Assembly (NCBI GenBank): GCA_963704515.1 | Contig: OY969913.1 | Span: 1,352,137 to 1,416,136 of the forward strand | Direction of reading: 5' to 3' | From: an uncultured Solirubrobacterales bacterium | GTDB taxonomy: Bacteria; Actinomycetota; Thermoleophilia; Solirubrobacterales; 70-9 | Length of the DNA stretch: 64,000 nt | In this document: positions 61,026 through 64,000 of the stretch, in pieces | How positions within the stretch are numbered: the first letter of the stretch is position 1 | Layout of the letters: every line of letters starts with the position of its first letter | Position numbers and translations under genes: made by a program | Notes under the pieces: generated by a model | What the model saw: only the letters and a program-made list of their open reading frames with translations | The model's database searches: none | Told to the model about the DNA's origin: nothing

Positions 61026-62885
61026 ATGTGCGGAATCGTCGGATACGTCGGTGAGCGTCCGTGCCTCGACCTGCTGGTCGCCGGCCTGGAGAAGCTCGAG
61101 TACCGCGGCTATGACTCGGCCGGCGTCTCGGTGGTCGAGGACGGCCGGATCGAGAACGTGCGCGCGGTCGGCAACCTCGCCAACCTGCGCGCCGCGGTCG
61201 CCGAGCAGGCCGAGAACGGCGGCGGGGTCGCCGTGGCGGCGTCGGACGCGACCACGGGCGTCGCCCACACTCGCTGGGCCACGCACGGCCGGGTCACCGA
61301 GGAGAACGCCCACCCGCACGGCGACTGCAGCGACCGCATCCACATCGTCCTCAACGGGATCGTCGAGAACCACGCCGAGCTGCGCCGCGAGCTCGCCGAG
61401 CAGGGCCACCGCTTCAGCTCCGAGACCGACGCCGAGATCGTCGCCCACCTGATCGAGCGCAACTACGACGGCGACCTGACCGCCGCCGTGCGCGCCTCCT
61501 TCGCCGAGCTGCGCGGCCACTACGCCTTCGTCGCGATGCACGCCGAGGAGCCCGAGCGCCTGGTCGGGGCGCGCCGCGAGTGTCCGCTGGTCGCCGGGAT
61601 CGGCGAGGGGGAGACCTTCCTCGCCTCGGCGATCCCGGCCTTCCTCCCCGAGACCCGCCAGGCGGTGACGATCGAGAACGACGAGATCGTCACGATCGAC
61701 TCCGCCGGGGTCGCGATTACCGACGCCGCCGGGGCGCCGGTCGAGCGCGCGCCGGAGACCGTCTCCTGGGACGAGGCCGCCGCCGAGAAGGGCGGCTACG
61801 AGACCTTCATGCTGAAGGAGATTCACGAACAGGCGGACGCCGTCGCCGAGACGATCGCCGACCGGCTGCCGGGAGAGGACGGCGTCGACCTCTCCGAACT
61901 GGAGCTCGGCGACGCCTACCTGCGCGACCTGGAGCGGATCGTGATCGTCGCCTGCGGGACCTCCTACCACGCCGGCCTGGTCGGCCGCTACGCGATCGAG
62001 GAGTGGGCGCGGGTGCCGGTCGAGATGGACGTCGCCTCCGAGTACCGCTACCGCAACCCGGTGATCGGCGAGGGCGACCTGGTGATCGGCATCACTCAGT
62101 CGGGCGAGACCGCCGACACGCTGGCGGCGATGCGGCTGGCGCGCGAGAGCGGGGCGAAGGTGCTGACGGTGACCAACGTGATGGGCAGCCAGGCGACCCG
62201 CGACGCCGACAGCGTGCTCTACACCCGGGCCGGCCCGGAGGTCAGCGTCGCGGCGACCAAGACCTTCGTCGCCCAGGTCGCGGCGATGTACCTGCTCGGG
62301 CTGCGACTGGCGGAGCTGCGCGGGACGCTGCCGGCCGAGCGACTGCGCGAGCTGGTGGCGGAGCTGAAGGCGATCCCCTCGAAGATCGAGGCGACCCTGG
62401 CCGCCTGCGAGGAGCGCACGCGCGAGGTCGCCGCGTCCCAGCACGAGCGCGAGTTCTTCCTCTACCTCGGCCGTCACATCGGCCTCCCGGTCTGCCTCGA
62501 GGGGGCGCTGAAGCTGAAGGAGATCTCCTACATCCCCACCGACGCCTACGCCGCCGGCGAGATGAAGCACGGGCCGATCGCCCTGCTGGACGAGTCGACG
62601 CCGGTGATCTGCGTGGCAACCGAGAGCCCCGTGCTGGGGAAGGTGCTGTCCAACGTCGAAGAGGTGCGCGCCCGCGGCGCGGCGACGATCGCGATCGCCA
62701 CCGAGGGCGACGAGCGCGCCGCCGAGGTCGCCGACCAGACGATCGAGGTGGCCCGCACCGACTGGATCCTGCAGCCGATCGTCGCGATCCTCCCCCTGCA
62801 GTTGCTCGCCTACGACATCGCCCGCGCCCGCGGCCTCAACGTCGACCAGCCGCGCAACCTGGCGAAGACCGTGACGGTCGAGTAA
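61026..62885 (+). CDS. glmS: glutamine--fructose-6-phosphate aminotransferase
   Basis: MCGIVGYVG N-terminal nucleophile, two SIS domains, C-terminal PRNLAKTVTVE. Confidence 0.95.
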   Translation: MCGIVGYVGERPCLDLLVAGLEKLEYRGYDSAGVSVVEDGRIENVRAVGNLANLRAAVAEQAENGGGVAVAASDATTGVAHTRWATHGRVTEENAHPHGDCSDRIHIVLNGIVENHAELRRELAEQGHRFSSETDAEIVAHLIERNYDGDLTAAVRASFAELRGHYAFVAMHAEEPERLVGARRECPLVAGIGEGETFLASAIPAFLPETRQAVTIENDEIVTIDSAGVAITDAAGAPVERAPETVSWDEAAAEKGGYETFMLKEIHEQADAVAETIADRLPGEDGVDLSELELGDAYLRDLERIVIVACGTSYHAGLVGRYAIEEWARVPVEMDVASEYRYRNPVIGEGDLVIGITQSGETADTLAAMRLARESGAKVLTVTNVMGSQATRDADSVLYTRAGPEVSVAATKTFVAQVAAMYLLGLRLAELRGTLPAERLRELVAELKAIPSKIEATLAACEERTREVAASQHEREFFLYLGRHIGLPVCLEGALKLKEISYIPTDAYAAGEMKHGPIALLDESTPVICVATESPVLGKVLSNVEEVRARGAATIAIATEGDERAAEVADQTIEVARTDWILQPIVAILPLQLLAYDIARARGLNVDQPRNLAKTVTVE

Positions 62886-62911
62886 AAGCGTTTCCGCTAC
62901 GCTCTTCGCGG

Positions 62912-64000
62912 ATGCGCGGGAGGAATTTGACCATTGGGTTTTTGATGGCCGCTGTGCTGGCCTTGATCGCTGGCTGCGGCAGCAGCGGCGGTGGCGGCGG
63001 CAGCTCGTCGAGCCCCGAAGCGGCAGGCTTCGCCGCTCCCGGCTCGCTCGTCTACCTGGAAGCCGATCTGCAGCCCGGCGGGGAACTGAAGACCAACGTC
63101 GACGCGGCGGCGAAGAAGCTGACCGGGAGCGAAGACTTCAACCAGTTCATCGTCTCCAAGCTGGAAGGCGCCGCCGGAGAAAAGGGGAAGCCGGTCGATT
63201 TCGCCACCGAAGTCGAACCCTGGCTGGGCAAGACCGCGGGCGTCTCCTTCGCCCGCATGAAGGGTGAAGGCGAACTCTCCGAACCGGTGATCGCGGTCCA
63301 GAGCAGCGAACCGAAGGAAACCCAGCGCTTCATCGAAAAGCGGGCCGGCGAGAGCAGCAAGCCCTATAAAGCGGGCACCTACAAGGGGAATAAGTTCGAG
63401 GTCGGCGGTTCGCAGGGCAAGGCGATCGGCGTGGTCGGAAAGTGGGCTCTGCTGGCTGGAAGCGAAAAGGAATTCAAGGCGGCGGTCGATGCCTACGAAG
63501 GCGACTCGCTGGCCGACGAATCACGCTTCGCCGATGCTTTCGCCGAGGCCTCCAACGGCAGCCTTGCCGACGTCTACGTCGACGTCGGCAAGCTGATCGA
63601 ACAGTCCGGCGAAAGCGTCGACCCGCGGCTGCAGGCCGCTTTGGAAGGCTCCGGCGTCGAAGCGAGCGAAGCGACCGCGGTCGCCAGCGTGATCCCGGGC
63701 GCCGACCAGATCCAGATCGACGTGAGCAGCAAACTGGGCGAGAAGCCGCCCGAAGGCGACGCCTCCAAGCTGCTCGGCTCGCTGCCGGCCGACTCGAACG
63801 GCGCCTTCGCGCTGACCGGCTTCTCCGAACAGTTCGAAGAAGCGGTCGACAAGCTCGACGAAGAAGGTGCCCCGCCGGACCTGAAGCCGGGTGAACTGAA
63901 GAAAGCCATGAGCCAGGCGGGCGTTGACGTCGACAAGGTGGCCGCCTCGCTCGAAGAAGCGGCGGTCTTCGTCGAAGGCAACACGCAGGCGAACGCCGGG
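62912..64000 (+). CDS. lipoprotein (DUF3352-like), 3' end runs off the window
   Basis: Own translation: MRGRNLTIGFLMAAVLALIAGCGSSGGGG (lipobox LIAGC), then ...GSLVYLEADLQPGGELKTNVDAAAKKL... The frame is open to 64000. The family call is from memory of the pattern. Confidence 0.65.
   Translation, partial: MRGRNLTIGFLMAAVLALIAGCGSSGGGGGSSSSPEAAGFAAPGSLVYLEADLQPGGELKTNVDAAAKKLTGSEDFNQFIVSKLEGAAGEKGKPVDFATEVEPWLGKTAGVSFARMKGEGELSEPVIAVQSSEPKETQRFIEKRAGESSKPYKAGTYKGNKFEVGGSQGKAIGVVGKWALLAGSEKEFKAAVDAYEGDSLADESRFADAFAEASNGSLADVYVDVGKLIEQSGESVDPRLQAALEGSGVEASEATAVASVIPGADQIQIDVSSKLGEKPPEGDASKLLGSLPADSNGAFALTGFSEQFEEAVDKLDEEGAPPDLKPGELKKAMSQAGVDVDKVAASLEEAAVFVEGNTQANAG

Noticed and set aside
61011-62570. 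519-aa minus-strand ORF opposite glmS
   Set aside because: It is a shadow ORF. The identity of glmS on the plus strand is unambiguous.

Overview
High-G+C, actinobacterial-type chromosomal segment. The protein content resembles Thermoleophilia/Solirubrobacterales, but that is inference only. Both strands are densely coding, with about 70 supportable genes, many joined by 1-11 nt start/stop overlaps (ATGA, GTGA, TTGA). Housekeeping content: ispH; a split suf Fe-S cluster (Rrf2 regulator-sufC-sufS-sufU, then Rieske-sufB-sufD); htpX; a sulfur-carrier cysteine pathway (rhodanese-ThiF E1-like, cysO, cysM, mec); nadB with hydantoinase/oxoprolinase A and B; rph-rdgB; a CDF transporter; tldD/pmbA; HU; a PBP5-type carboxypeptidase; pfkB; guaB3-like/guaA; rplM-rpsI-glmM-glmS. 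Accessory content: (i) a block at about 32.1-43.1 kb with AT-rich borders and different codon usage. It carries a translationally coupled five-gene operon of signal-peptide proteins (B-repeat plus collagen-like protein, a 1216-aa protein with repeated propeller-like segments, a 940-aa internally duplicated Cys-pair-module protein, and two smaller paralog-like proteins), then an orphan Flp-like prepilin and a vapBC pair. This is my best candidate for an undescribed surface/extracellular system. (ii) A visibly lower-G+C two-gene islet (BadF/ASKHA-type ATPase plus a small membrane protein) at 55.7-57.2 kb. (iii) A leaderless small-ORF plus nucleotidyltransferase-fold cassette at 30.3-31.0 kb. Other observations: an identical 46-nt palindrome present twice, once in frame inside a GxGD membrane-protein gene; a conserved 35-nt box upstream of both sulfur-carrier transcription units; nadB with no canonical start codon; a frameshifted C-terminus in an M23 peptidase; and an acidic N-terminal extension on ribosomal protein S9. 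I recognised no rRNA, tRNA, CRISPR array, transposase or integrase. All calls come from reading the sequence and translations by eye. No database search was run.
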